Of a DNA stretch of 64,000 bases, positions 24,201-37,675 are shown piece by piece. The position numbers and the translations under genes were made by a program. Under the pieces are notes generated by a model that was given only the letters and a program-made list of their open reading frames with translations, searched no databases and was not told the origin of the DNA. The DNA lies in the NCBI GenBank assembly GCA_043228905.1, contig JBHGNT010000002.1, forward strand, positions 12,896,001 through 12,960,000. The letters run 5' to 3'. Origin of the DNA: Azolla caroliniana. Taxonomy: Eukaryota; Plantae; Polypodiophyta. Numbering within the stretch: position 1 is the first letter of the stretch; every line of letters starts with the position of its first letter.

Positions 24201-25123
24201 CATTTACTATTGGTCAAAAAAATAATTTGCGTGTCCCAACTGACTCTACGTCATTGTCTACGGGCAAGTACGCTAAGTTAGCCCCACGATATTGTGGCCC
24301 ATTTGAAATCCTTAAGCAGGTTGGGTCATCTCTGCTTATCACCTTGCCTTACTTTGTAATGTTGATATTCATCCTATTTTTCACGTCAGTCGTCTAAAAC
24401 CATTTTTAGGCTCTGGTGATAACACCATCACAATCCAAGATCTTGTAACATTAGAGGATTTTTCTTACAAACCTTATGTTCCTGAACAAATTCTTGATTC
24501 TCGTACTAAACATTTACGTTCTAAAGAGATTCTTCTATTCAAGATCAAATGGATGGATAAACCTATTCATGATGCCACATGGGAACGCGAGCATACTCTT
24601 AAGGCACAATTTCCTCACTTTATATTGCAAGAGTGCAATTTTTTGAAGTAGGGGAGTATGTTATGTACACAAAACGTTGTTGAGGGTAGGTCACTAATAT
24701 TTACATTAGTGAAGGGTATGTTCACTAATGTTTCAAAGGTGACTAATGATTGGATAAAAGGAGTGATAGGTGCATGCAGTATCATGATTTGGACAACCAA
24801 TGAATGGAGAGACTTTTAGAAACGCATATCTATTCAAGGGGCCTACGAAAAGGTATAAATATGAGGCTTAGCTACCCTCATAAGGAGATTATGTCGGAAG
24901 GTTGTTGTCTTAGACACCAGTGCTGCGGGCTAGGCTTTACTCTCGATGATCGTGTTTATCTTTGCCAAGGTATTAGTCATCCTAATATCCGACGGTATGG
25001 GATGTCAGTGGTAGGTTGGCTATGTCTAGATCATAGCTCGGGGGTGGAACGGGTTCTTCTATCCATTCTATTTTCCTTCTTTTACTTTACTTTAGTCTAT
25101 TGATTAGTAATAGACTCTTAACA
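21289..25123 (+). mobile_element. C: 3' part of a degraded chromovirus (Ty3/gypsy) related to G; its 5' part was displaced by A
   Basis: gag [17 protein letters not shown] (same motif as G); RT FLDD (21752..22576); RNase H; integrase ISMDFI; chromodomain PEQILDSR...KIKWMD...ATWERE ~24480-24615; PPT 24645-24658; 465-bp 3' LTR 24659-25123 (TG...CA). Confidence 0.92.
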
Positions 25124-28100
25124 CTTCCTGGATACTGCTAAGGTTATCGCAGTAGATCATTGTCGGATTGAGCATGTCGAACTACAAATCTTTTAGGAGC
25201 CTCTTGAGCCATATGTCTTTGCATGTCACGATAGCCGCTCCTCGGTACTCGGCATTGGTGCTCGACAGTGCTGCTGTCGGCTGCTTCTTACTACTCCAGG
25301 CGACGGCGGTGCTTCCAAGTGATAACACATATCCGGATGTAGACCTACAGTTGCCGGCATTTCCCGTCTAATCGACATCTATGTAGCCGACAAGTTGTCC
25401 GACTACATCGGTCTGATACAGTAACCCCCTGTCCATCGTGCCACAAACGTACATGAGTATTCAGTGCACACACTGAAGGTGCTCCATGGTTGGATGCGCC
25501 ATAAATTGACTATTAGTTAGACCGGATAATTGAGGTCTAGCTGGGCTTCCGACTATTTGTCGAAACCTTTTCGGGTCACATTCCAGAGTTGAGGCGGAGC
25601 TTCACATTCCCACCCAGAGGAGTCGAAACGGACTTGTATTCCGTCATACCGAATTTGAAGAGCATACTCAACACATAGTGGCGTTGACTAATCAGTATGC
25701 TTTCCGAGCTGTAGATCACTTCGAACCCGAGGAAGTAATGATGGTCCCCAAGATCCTTCATGTCAAACGATGTCATGAGTTCGGACTTGACGTGATCGAT
25801 TTCGTCTAGGTCGGCTCCGGTGATGACTAAATCATCAACATAAATCAAAATATTTACCGGCCTGTTCCGAGTTCACCAGATGAACAATGAAGAATCGGAC
25901 TTTGACGTGGCAGATCCCATCCGAGTCAATCACTGCGTGATCTTCACGTTCTAGGCACACGGGGCGTGCTTTAGTTCATAAAGGGACTTCTTTAGTCGAC
26001 AAATGGCCGACGTGTTCATTCTGAACAGAAATCCGGGGGATTGAACCATGTATACTTGTTCCTCAATATCACCTTGCAGGAATGCATTTTTCACATCCAT
26101 TTGATGTAGATATCACCCCTTCGCCACTACCATATGCAAGCAAGACATGGATGGTCGTCATCTTTGTGATCGACGTGAATGTCTCATCGTAGTCGATGTT
26201 GTGCTGCTTCGTGTAGCCCTTTGCCACTAATCGGGCCTTGTACCGATTAAAGGAGCCATCAGTGTTGTATTTGACTTTCTATACCCATGGGCAACCGATC
26301 GGCCTCACTCCTTTTGGTATGTCCACCAAGTCCCACGTCTCATTCTCCATGAGCACGTGCATCTCTTCCTCCATGGCCTTTTGGCCAATTCGGATCCTTA
26401 GCCACTTCGGCGTAGCTCTCCGGCTCACACATGACTGCTACCTTCGCCATGTAGGCATAATGATGCACCATATACTCATTATATCCATATTGAACTACGA
26501 GGTGCTTCTGGACGGTAGATCAACACAATTTCTACTCTGCCGATTTGATGGCCCTCTTGGCAGACTCCAACCTCTTCTCTGGAGCTCCGTCTTCTTGCAA
26601 ACCGGAGTCGGATTCACTCCGATCCGACTCTTCCCTGCCGGTGTCATATTCTGGCATCTTCTTCTTCCCTTTATCTTTGCACGTGAACCATATCATTGGT
26701 TCCTTGTGTGGGGAGAGCACGGCCAAGTCTTTGCTAATCGTCGGCTCATCATCTGGTTGACTACTCCAGCTCAACTAGATCGGATTCGGTCCACTGATCT
26801 AGAGAGAAGTCGGAATATCCGGTTTCGATTCTGCTATGCTTCCTTCTATTCCAGAATCAGTTGCATCATCTACAACAATCGTCTTGGGTTCGGGTGATGC
26901 GAGGTACCAAAATGTTGATTCGTCGAAGACGACATCACGGCTAACTCGGACTTTCTTCGAACGGGGGTTGTAGCACTAATACACCTTTTGCTCGTCAGAT
27001 TTTGCATCCAGTTTCTTCTGCTTTTCATGCGGCACATGCACATACACAATGTTGCCGAATACCTGAAGGTGTGCCAAATTCGGCTTCTGCTTGAAATACA
27101 GTTCGTGCGGCGACACCTTTGTCCCTAAGGCAGACATCCAATTCTGTATGTAGACGGTTGTTCGAATTGCTTCAGACCAATAAATCCAGGGCATAAATTT
27201 CTCTTCTAGCATCGCCCTTGCCTCTTCTACCAACGTTTGATTCCATTGTTCGGCCACGTCGTTACGCTCCAACGTGTATCTACAGGAGAACTCTCGTCGG
27301 ATTCCATTCGTCTATAGATAACTCTTGAACTGGCTAGAAAAGTACTCTTTTCCACCATCTAATCTCAAACTCTTGATCTTCCTTCCAGTTTCTCGTTCTA
27401 CATGATTCTTTACGTCCCGAAATCAAGAGAAGACCCTCTTCTTCTCGATCAAATAGATCCAATTTTGTTGATTGAAATACCGACTCCCACTGATGCTTAC
27501 ATTTTTTGCCGTTCCCCACACATCCGAATGGATGAGATCGAGCTGATTCCGGCTCCAATTCTTCTCATTGGGAAATGGAAGCCTATGCTGCTTCCCGAGT
27601 TAGCAAGCTTCACATATTTTGCCTTTCTAGACATGGAACTTCGGTAGTTCGAAAAATACGTGTTCCGACTACAACTCCTGAATCGAGAAGTTGATATGGA
27701 TGATGAGCTTATGCTACAGGTTGATGTCTGACTCAACCTTTTGCCTTTTTGGGAACATAGCGGTGCCAACATCATTAGTTTCGAGGATGAACATTCTTCC
27801 ATCCTGGCGCCATTGTGCAATTGCTCAGAGGGACTTGCATACCTTGATCTACGATCTAACCGACCAACAGCAAGTTCTTGGTGATTGTTGGTACATGCAG
27901 GACATTCCTTATGATTCCCTTCTGACCGACATGGCTCAGAGAAACCTCTCCGACGTGCGCGATGGGATATGGGGTGTCGTCCCCAGTTTCGACTACCCTC
28001 GAATTCTCTAGCTTCTCGAAAAAGGAGAACCACTCTTTGTGGTTCATCATGTGGTTTGAAGATCCAGAGTCCACATACCAAACTTCTTCCCATTTCGAGT

Positions 28101-28249
28101 CGGATACTCCCATCCGGTTGGCCTTATGCTTCATTACGAGGGCCTGTCCCGACCCGGCTCTCTCTGAGCCTCCAGCGAAGTGCGATCAATGACGCATGTC
28201 CATATCTTTCCGGCTCGATCAGACTTTGTCCGAATCAGCACTCGATTTC
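25124..28249 (-). pseudogene. E (pol part): degraded Ty1/copia, from the end of the knuckle through protease, integrase and RT to RNase H
   Basis: VWYVDSGSSNHM (27856..28134); integrase 26976..27272; YVDD (25576..25848); RNase H YCDNLS broken at 25124 by C. Confidence 0.9.
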
Positions 28250-29794
28250 TGTGTGGAATAGTGGTCGGCCTCAACTGAGTCTTAAACACTCAATGGAAGA
28301 AAGCAGGAAATATAAATGAGATCAATGCACTTACCCAATATGAGAAGACATTAGATGTTTACATGGAAAATCCTAATAGGGAAAAACAACGGGAGCCCAC
28401 AGATTCCAATTATCACTATGAGAAGAGGATACCAAGCGAGACTCGGAGGCAACGACCTCAACCTCTATGTCTTCGCCAACTAGCGGTTACAACAGAAAAG
28501 CTTTTTGTATCTCTCTCTCTCTCTATCTATCTTTTTACAACAGTAATAATAACATCTCGGATGACCACACCATAAGTGGTTTCCCTAAGTCATATTTATA
28601 CTTATATGACTGTAGGACTATTTACAAATATGGCCAGGACAGGCCCTCTAGAAACATATTTACAAATATGTCCCTAGATCCGGTTCACATTGGATCCGTC
28701 CTATCCGGCTCCTCTAGCTCTATCCGGATCACATCCGGAGGGACCAAATCCCCAACAAACTCCCCCTGCACTCCGGCATGGGATGCTTTGTCAGTCCGAT
28801 CCATCTCCTACACACGTCCAACTTGTCCACTAATAGCACCTTGGTCAACATGTCCGACCCATTCTCCTCCATGTGGATCTTCAACAGCGCAAAGTCTTGA
28901 TCTTCTATTCTCTCCCGGAGCCAATGGTATCTACGCTAGATGTGCTTCGTCCTGGAGTGGTACGTCACGTTCTTTGCAAGGTGGATAGCACTTTGACTAT
29001 CGCAGTAGAGCTAGAATTTCTCCTGCCGGATCGTTAGCTCTTTGATGAAGTCCTTCATCCAGATTACTTCTTTACCGGCTTCCACAGCCGCTATGTACTC
29101 CGCTTCCATTGTAGATAGTGCAACGAACTTCTACAGCCTCAACTACCATCATACGTCTCCCCCTGCATATGTCATAACATATCCGGAAGTTGATTGGCTG
29201 GTATCTGCATCAACCGACATATCTGAATACGTGAATCCTTCAACCTGGGGTTTTCCAGAGCCGAATTGGAGGCACATACTCGAGGTGCCTTTCAAGTACT
29301 AGATTATCCACTTAACCGCGGTCCAATGTTCTCTTCCCGGATTGCTTATGAACCGGCTGACCACTCCGACACCATATCCGATATCCAACCGAGTACACAC
29401 CATTGCATAAATCAAGCTTCCGATGGCAGAGGCGTATGGTATCTTCATCATTTTCGACTTCTCTGCCTTCGTCTTTGGACATTGCTTTCCAGACAGCTTG
29501 CCATTTGTTGGACGTGTCAATCCAACCAACTTTGCATCTATCATGAGGAACCGTTGGAGCACCTTCGCCACGTACTTCTCCTATGACAACCACAATAGCT
29601 TCTTCGTCTGGTCCCGGACTACCTGCATCTCCAATATCTGTCGTGTCGAACCCAAATCTATCATTGAGAAGGTCTGGTTCAAGGCCTTCTTCAGATTCTC
29701 GATTTTGGTTCGGTCTAGTCCGACAATACGCATATCATCCCCATGTAGTAAGAGTATCAAGATGTCTCCTCCCTCGAAATTCTTCACAAATACG

Positions 29795-30104
29795 GATGAG
29801 TAGTACCCGGCAAGAGCCGGATGGTGAAGACCCTGTGAGAACCGGATGAAGAGTACCCGACTACGGAAGACCCGGTGAGAACCGGATGACAAGTGCCTGG
29901 CAGGAGCTGGATAATGCAGGCCCAGTGAGGAGTGCTCACCGGATGAAGGGACATATTCATAAATATGTTTCCTGAGAGTCCATCGGGGCTATATTTGTAA
30001 ATAGCCGAAAATTCATATTAGTATAAATATGACTTAGGGCAAACTCTTCTATTGTTGGTTGTTGTCATTCTTGTTGGCACAAGACTAGAGAGCGCGTAAT
30101 AGTG

Positions 30105-30148
<44 letters not shown>

Positions 30149-30424
30149 GAGGTTGTTGCCTCTGTTGTAACCGCCGCCTGTGGCGAAGATCGTGAGCACG
30201 AGGTCGTTGCCTCCGTGAGCTCACTGTTGTAATCATTGTGATATAGTGATAGTTTGGAGTCGGTGGACTCCCGTGGTTTTTCCCTCTCAGGGTTTTCCAC
30301 GTTAAACATCTTGTGTACTCTTCTCTCACTTTTTGTGTCGTGCGTTCATTACCCGTTTTTTGTGTTTGATCTTAGACTCGGTTGTGGCCGAGCGTTGTTC
30401 ATCGGGAGCGTGTAGTTCCTGTCA
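29795..30424 (+). mobile_element. 5'-truncated LTR of a B-related copia family
   Basis: Same layout as the B LTR: CCGG hairpins, TATAAATATGACTTAGGGCAAAC, GA microsatellite, GGTTGTGGCCGAGCG. Ends in CA at 30424 with no PBS; the left end is fused to H RT. Confidence 0.85.
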
Positions 30425-31805
30425 AACAATGCACTTACAGGACAACCTCATTGTACTGGTTTGGCTAAGCTCCATGAATCTATCAATTCACCCTCAATAA
30501 TGCATGCAGATGTGCTAGACCCATAAAGCCAATAGATTACTTGAGACATTTTCGGACCAAATCCTAGTTTGACCATTGTGGCGGCCACAAAATCCCATTG
30601 GATGTTGTCAAAGGCCTTTTCAATGTCAATTTGCATGAGCAATACATCTTGTTTGGTGTATTTGGCATACTCCATTCCAATATAAGCATTAGCAATATTA
30701 TCTGTAATTTGCCTTCAAGGAATGAACCCATACTGATTTACGCGTATGCATCCCAACCAAGTGTCCTTAATACGATTAGCAATTATCTTTGCAACAAGTT
30801 TGTATATCAATGGCATGAGAGTGATTGATCGCCAATCCGAAAAAGATTCACACAGTTTCTTTTTGGGTATTAATTTGACCAAACCTTCTTTCCATGAGAT
30901 CAGTATATCCCATTGTTGCCAAGCATTATTTGCCATAGATAGGATTAAATCCTTAAGAACATCCCAAAATTCTGTAATGAACTCTAATGTAATACCATCC
31001 CAACCAGGTGCTTTGCCTTTCCCAAGGCCCTTTTGAGCCTCCAAGAGCTCCTCAATTGTGAATGCTGCATCCAAAGAAATGGCTTTATCAACCCAAATAG
31101 TGGGTTGAACTAGTGACAAGAATGTATCTCTAGCTTGTTTAACTGCATCTGTAACAACGACATTGTTCTCAAAGATGTGCGAGAAGTGAGTTACACATTC
31201 CTTGGCTAGTTCAAGTCGGTTTGTAGTCCACAAACCATCACTAGTTTTGATGAATTTAATGGATTCCCTTTGGCCTATTAGATGCAACCTTTTGAAGAAG
31301 GATTTAGAAGAGCATCCTTTTTCTTTCAATGGAATTTGTCTTGACCTAACTTGCCATTTTTCCAATTTATTTTTGTCATGTAGCAGCATCAATGTGTGTT
31401 TGGCCATACACAATGCATCCTCTTGATGTAAAGTCAAAGATATTCTATGTGCTAACTCTGTTGGGGCTTGACAAGTAAATTTGGCTTGTTGAGTGTAATC
31501 TCTTTGTCTTGAGACATACCACCTCCCATACTCTTCTATTATTGTTTGTAATCTATGTACAAAATGTACCCATGCTATATCAACATCTATGTTGACTTCT
31601 ACATAAAGAGGAGGTATTATGTCATAGACCATCCTCTTGAAGAGTTCATGCTTGAGGTAGTTGTTGTTAATGAGCATAAGTCTCTTCCTTTGGAGATGCA
31701 CTTCATACAGGAGCATGATTTAACAACTACAAAGCATGCATTGTACATGTGAAATTTTCATACTGACTAGCATGCAACAAATACCATCTATCAAGCCTTG
31801 CATAG
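30425..31805 (-). pseudogene. L1-clade LINE ORF2 fragment (endonuclease C-terminus to mid-RT)
   Basis: YARLDRWY, NHAPV (SDH motif), KAPGWDG, WRSITL, QYGFIP, IDIEKAFD, GCPVSAL; contains stops; 3' part lost. Confidence 0.92.
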
Positions 31806-32499
31806 TGTGAAGTCGATTTTTGCTCATAGGAAAAGACCGTGACAAATACATTGGATGAGAAGGTATAGAAGAATAAAGCACAATATGAAAGGTCCAAGAG
31901 TTAAAAGATAAATGAAATTGAAGAGAAATAAAGTTAGAGGCATTTTTCAAAAGTAGAAAAAGAAAAAGAAGAAAAACGAAGGAAATTAAGCAGAAAAAGC
32001 AAGATAGAGAAAAAAGCTCATATCTTCTTCATCTGGGTTAAAGCACACTGCGGTGTACCAAAAAAGTATTGTTTTTGGCCAAAAAAAACATGTCTACTTT
32101 TTATATTGTTAGTACTAAAATTTAATAAATAATAATAATTTCGGCAAAATTAAAATTCAAGAGTGACGTGGGAGTAGTACAAAGTACAATAATAACAGAA
32201 AATAGGGGGAAAGTAATATGAGAGGATTTTACCATTTTGGGGGGTCTTGCCCCCTTCACATTAAATATTTTTCACTTTTTCAAGTTTTTACCTTTTTCAA
32301 AATTTCACCTTTTTCATTTTTGATGCTTTTTCTTCTCATCATTCTTCTTCCAACCAAGCCTTCTCCTTACTTAGATGTAAACCTTATTTCTGAATTATTC
32401 TCCTATCTCTGATTTGAACCTTATGCATGAATCGTTGTCTTAACTCAAATTTCATGCTTCATCTTTCAATACTTCACCTAACAACATGGTTGAAGCTTC

Positions 32500-33600
32500 T
32501 TCCATGAATAATAAGATTATTCTAACTCAGATTTGAAGCTTTTTCCAACACGAATCTTTTGCACTTAGATTTGAAGCTTCTTCCAACACGAATCTTCTAC
32601 ACTCTGATTTGAAGCTTCTTCCAACACGAATCTTCGGCACTTAGATTTAAAGCTTTGGCTAACAGGAGTCCTCCTATCTCTGATTTGAAGATTCTTTGAT
32701 GAACCATATATGGTTCATTGATTGGGAAACTTCTTCCTCGTGTTCATATTTCTTCTCATATTCTCATGTAGATTTCTTTCATTTTCTTTTTTCTTCTCAT
32801 ATTCTCATGTCTAACATGAGTCTTCCTATCTTTGATTTAAAGTTTCTTCCATGAGCTTTGGCTAACATGAGTCCTCCTATCTCTAATTTGAAGATTCTTT
32901 GATGAACCATATGCGGTTCATTGATTGGGAAACTTCTTCCTCGTGTTCATATTCTCATGTAGATTTCTTTCATTTTCTTCTTTCTTCTCATATTCTCATG
33001 TCTAACATGAGTCTTCCTATGTTCGATTTGAAGTTTCTTCCATGAATATTAAGTGGTTCATAGATAGAGGAGATTTTTCTTTATGTTTATCTTTCTTCTC
33101 AACTTCTCATGTTCATCGTTTTTTCATGTTTATTTTTTTTATGTTCATCTTTCTCTTGTAGGTTTTTTTCATGTTCATCTTTCTTCTCTTATTCTCATTT
33201 CCAATATAAGTATTCCAATCTTCGATTTTCAAGTTCTTCTATGAATCATAAGCGGTTCATATATAGAGGAGCTTCTTTCGCATTTTCATCTTATTTTTCA
33301 TATTCTCCTGTTCATCTTTCTCTTGTGGATTCTTTTCTTGCTCATCTTTCTTCTCGTATTTTTGTGTTTATCTTTCTCATGTATATTATTTTCATGCACA
33401 TCATTTTTCGCGTATTCTCATGTTCATCTTTGTCATGTAGATTTTTTGCATGTTCACCATTCTTCGTATATTTCATCATTTTAATATATAAAACCATGGT
33501 TTTCTTGTATATGATTTTTTTATGTGTTTCCTTGTCATATTCAAAAAATTTATGTTGCATGTTTATCTTTCTTCCTCTATTTCTTGCTTTTCATATTTGA
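32500..33600. repeat. Degenerate tandem and low-complexity repeats in the left arm of T2 (GATTTGAAGCTTCTTCCA unit, ~190-bp duplications, TTCATC/TTCTC-rich tract)
   Basis: Repeated gatttgaagcttcttccaacacgaatctt units at 32530-32660; duplicated blocks at ~32650-32850 and ~32855-33045. Confidence 0.7.
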
Positions 33601-34152
33601 AATCATGTTATCATTAGTTATGAAATTACTAATACAACTCTTGTTGATTTATTATGCTTGCATGTCACATTTGGTAATATTAGTATAAAACTAATTGTAA
33701 CCTTGATTGCTTTAATTACTTTCCTTGATATTCTTTTTTAAGTAATACATATAATTGAAAATGGTAGTCATCAATTAGATTGACATGTCTTGTTTACCAA
33801 TAGACAATATATAGTACATGTGTAATGCTAAAAAATAGATCTATTAATCAGTCTTTCATTTCTTTTAAGACAATGTAAGTTTTGGCCACGACCCATATTT
33901 GGTACAATGAGCTTGATGTGGTAACTATCATATTGTGAAATGGAAACAAATTTAGGGTATGTAGTAGAAAATATAGGGAATAGACTAGTTAGGAAAAATA
34001 TTAAGTAGGCATATAAGGAGACATATGTTACTATGCTTGTCTTAGAGTTTCAAAAGTAACTGTAGGGGTTCATTCCACGTAAATTTAGGGGTTATGGGCA
34101 AAATTCATAGTTCAAGGAATGTTACATAACAAATTAATAATCTACATTTCAG

Positions 34153-36848
34153 ATGACAAAAAGCATTATCTGATTTTTGTTTAACATTAATTTGAGCTTG
34201 ACCATGTAGATTTACTATTTCTTGGACTTACCTTTAATCAACATTAAGTTTGGTCTGATGGTGTTGCCCCACAATTTAAGGCGGCATGGTACTTCTTTTT
34301 TATTGCAAGGTAAATTGATTATTGTATGTTAAGTACACATAGTTCTAAGTCTATTCAACTAATACTTCATAGGCCTTGAACTATTACTTTAGTTTCCTAT
34401 GCTTTCTAATCTTTAATGAAAACTTAGAACTAATTGTATTCAAACTTGTCTACATTACTAATATTAGTTTAATCTCCTACATTTAGTGTTGTTCAATAAA
34501 AACATTTTACTTTTCTTCCAATGTGCATGAGGACTAATAATGTTTTTACCCATGTTTAGTATTTTTAAATAATAACTTAGTATTGTCCTCCAATGTGCAT
34601 CAATGCTAATTATGTATTTACCGATATTTAGTACTTTTAAATAACAATGTAGTATTGTCCTCCCATGTGCATCAATACTAATTGTATATTTACCTATATT
34701 TAGTATCTTTATATAACAACTTAGTATTGTCCTCCCACGTGCATCGGTACTAATTGTGTATTACCTAAGTTTAATATTTTTAAATAAAAACTTAACATTG
34801 TCCCCCCATGTGTGTCAGTACTAATTTTTTATTCACACATGTATAGTATCTATAAATAATAACTTAGTACTATCCTCCCATGTGTATTAGTGCTAATTGT
34901 GTATTTACTTAAGTTTAGTATTTTTAAATAAACACTTAGTACTATCCTCCCATGTGCATCAGTACTAATTGTGTATTTACTTAAGTTTAGTATTTTTAAA
35001 TAAAAACTTAGTACTATCCTCCCATGTGCATCTCTACTAATTACATATTTACCCAAATGTAGTATTTTTAAATAAAAACTTAGTACTATCCTCCCATGTG
35101 TGTCAGTACTAATTTTCTACTCACTTATGTTTAGTATTTTTAAATAACAACTTAGTACTTTCCTCCCATGTGAATCAGTACTAATTGTCTATCCACGTGT
35201 TTAGTATAGATATAAATAAAAACGTACTATTATCCTCCGAATCAATACTAATTGTCTATTCACATATGTTTAGTATCTACATGTAATAACTGAGTATTGT
35301 CCTTCCATGTGCATCAGTACTAACTTACAACATAGTACTATCCTTAATTTACAAGTTAGTACTATCCTCCCATGTGCACAAGTACTGATTATGTTTTAAG
35401 CCATGTAAAATATTCTTAATTTACAACATAGTACTATCCTCCCACGTCTGTCAATACTAATTCTATTTTAAGCCATGTTAAGTATTCTTAATTTACAACT
35501 TACTAGTATCCTCTCACATGAATCAATACTAATTATGTTTTAAACCATGTAAAGTATTCTTAATTTACAACTTAGTACTGTCCTCCCATGTGCATAAGTA
35601 CTAATTATGTTTTAAGCCATGTAAAATATTCTTAATTTACAACATAGTACTATCCTCCCATGTCTATCAGTACTAATTCTGTTTTAAGCCATGTTAAGTA
35701 TTCTTAATTTACAACTTACTAATTTCCTCCCACTTGCACAAGTACTAATTATGGTTTAAGCCATGTAAAGTATTCTTAATTTACAGCTTAGTACTATCCT
35801 CCCACATCGATTAGTACTAATTTTGTTTTAAGACATGTTAAGTATTCTTAATTTACAACTTAGTAATGTCCTCCCACATGAATCAATATTAATTAAGTTT
35901 TAAGCCATGTTAAATATTGTTTGGCTACTTGTGATGTACTAACTTAGTATTGTTACTAATGTTTGTTGGCTACCTGTGATGCAAAACGCCTAGGTACTTC
36001 TCATTGACCAACATTAGGATGCAATGGAAATACTTCAGGTCTGGACATGGAAAGGGAGAGCATGATGGGGCGGAGGTTGTGATCAAGCATGCTCTTATAA
36101 GCAAGAAGGTGGATAATAAATGTGCTAAGTTACAAAATGCACATGATGTTGTGGAGTGCCTAACATGGAAGATGTGAAATGATGGTAAGAATAGATTGTT
36201 TATTGAGATTCGTGCTAATGAGTTAGATAGAAGTAAATCATATGGTTGTAAAACCGTGAAAAGGACATGTAAGATCAATTGTTCTTTAGGGTTTTGTCGC
36301 AAGAACACAACAAAACTACTATTTCGCAGTTTATCATGCTTTTGTTCCATGTGTATTATAGGTGAATCTTGGGATGAATGCACCAATCTATCAGTTGTGG
36401 AGTCATGGAAGTTGTAGAAGCTTGAGATTCAACAAGAAGATGATATTCAAGAAAATGAACAATCAGACAATATTGTATACTACAACCAATGTACACTTTT
36501 ATTGGAGATCATTTGTAGTGTTGAAATCTCCTCAAAATGAAGATTTTGAATGAAGACTACTACATTGTGGTGTGCAAGCAAGGGAACACAATATTGAAAG
36601 AAGTGGCGAGGGATGGTTGGGGCAACATGTCCAACGTTGGCGAGTCTGTCATCTGTGGAAACTATTATGCAAAGTTGCCACAATACAAGAACACATATGC
36701 ATTATTGCAAGATGCACCCACTACCATAATCTATGATGATGCCATTATCACAATCAAGTTCACTATGACTCAAGCAAAGTACATGAACTCATATTGGGGG
36801 AGTTCTCCCTCTTTAATGCTTAGAATTTTAACTGTTAATACATTGTAG
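34153..36848 (+). pseudogene. Spliced Sola2-type DDD transposase remnant (exons 34153-34309 and 35994-~36848)
   Basis: DDKKH...VWSDGVAPQFK...FIAR|YFS...WKYFRSGHGKGEHDGAEVVIK...RSLSCFCSMC. The phase-2 GT-AG intron joins in frame. Several stops; no N-terminal half recognisable. Confidence 0.82.
34490..35960. repeat. 72-bp satellite rich in TAGTACTA/AGTACT, filling the transposase intron
   Basis: CTTAGTACTATCCTCCCATGTG starts at 34863, 34935 and 35007 (period 72); roughly 20 units. Confidence 0.93.
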
Positions 36849-36939
36849 AAACCTTGTAGAATGACCAATGATCTTCAATGTCAAATCTTCATATGTAACC
36901 TCACAAGTTATCCTAATTAGGGATGACAAATTCATCGAT

Positions 36940-37675
36940 ATATATCCTCTTTGGTTTTCCTAAAGTGGTTGGTGCTTATATAGTGTTATATTTTTCTAGT
37001 AATATATTATCCTCTTTGGTTTTCATAAAGTGTTTGGTGCTAATATAATGTTAAATGTTTCTAGTGAGGTATTATCTTCTTTGGTTTTCATAAAGTGTTT
37101 GTTTCTCTTGCAGTGTTAATTGTTTCTAGTAATGCATATTTTTCTTTGGTGTTTGTTAAGTGTTTGGTGCTCTTATAGTGTTAAATGTTTCTAGTAATGT
37201 AATATCCTCTTTGGTGTTTGTTAAGTGTTTGGTGCTCTTATAGTGTTAAATGTTTCTAGTAATGGAATATCCTCTTTGGTTTTCATTAAGTGTTTGGTGC
37301 TCTTGTAGTGTTAACTGTTTCTAGTAATGTATTATCCTCTTTTGTTTTCATAAAGTGTTTGGTGCTCTTGTAGTGTTAACTATTTCTAGTAATGTATATA
37401 TCCTATTCGGTGTTCGTTTAGTGTTTGGTGCTCTTATAGTTGTAAATGTTTCTAGCAATGTAATATCCTCTTTGGTTTTTATAAAGTGTTTGGTGCTATT
37501 ATAGTGTTAACTGTTTCTAATACAATATATATCCTCTTTGATCTTCATAACGTATTTGGTGCTCTTATAGTGCTAACTGTTTCTAGTAATGTATATATCC
37601 TCTTTGGTTTTTATAAAGTGTTTGGTGCTCTTATAGTGTTAATTGTTTCTTGTCATGTATATATCCTCTTTTGTT
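36940..37675. repeat. ~65-bp tandem repeat downstream of the transposase exon
   Basis: TCCTCTTTGG...AAGTGTTTGGTGCTCTTATAGTGTTAA...TTTCTAGTAAT recurs at 37205, 37270 and 37335; about 11 units. Confidence 0.93.

Noticed and set aside
33109-33600. 163-aa hydrophobic membrane protein ORF
   Set aside because: Translation of T/C-rich low-complexity repeat; no recognisable domain.
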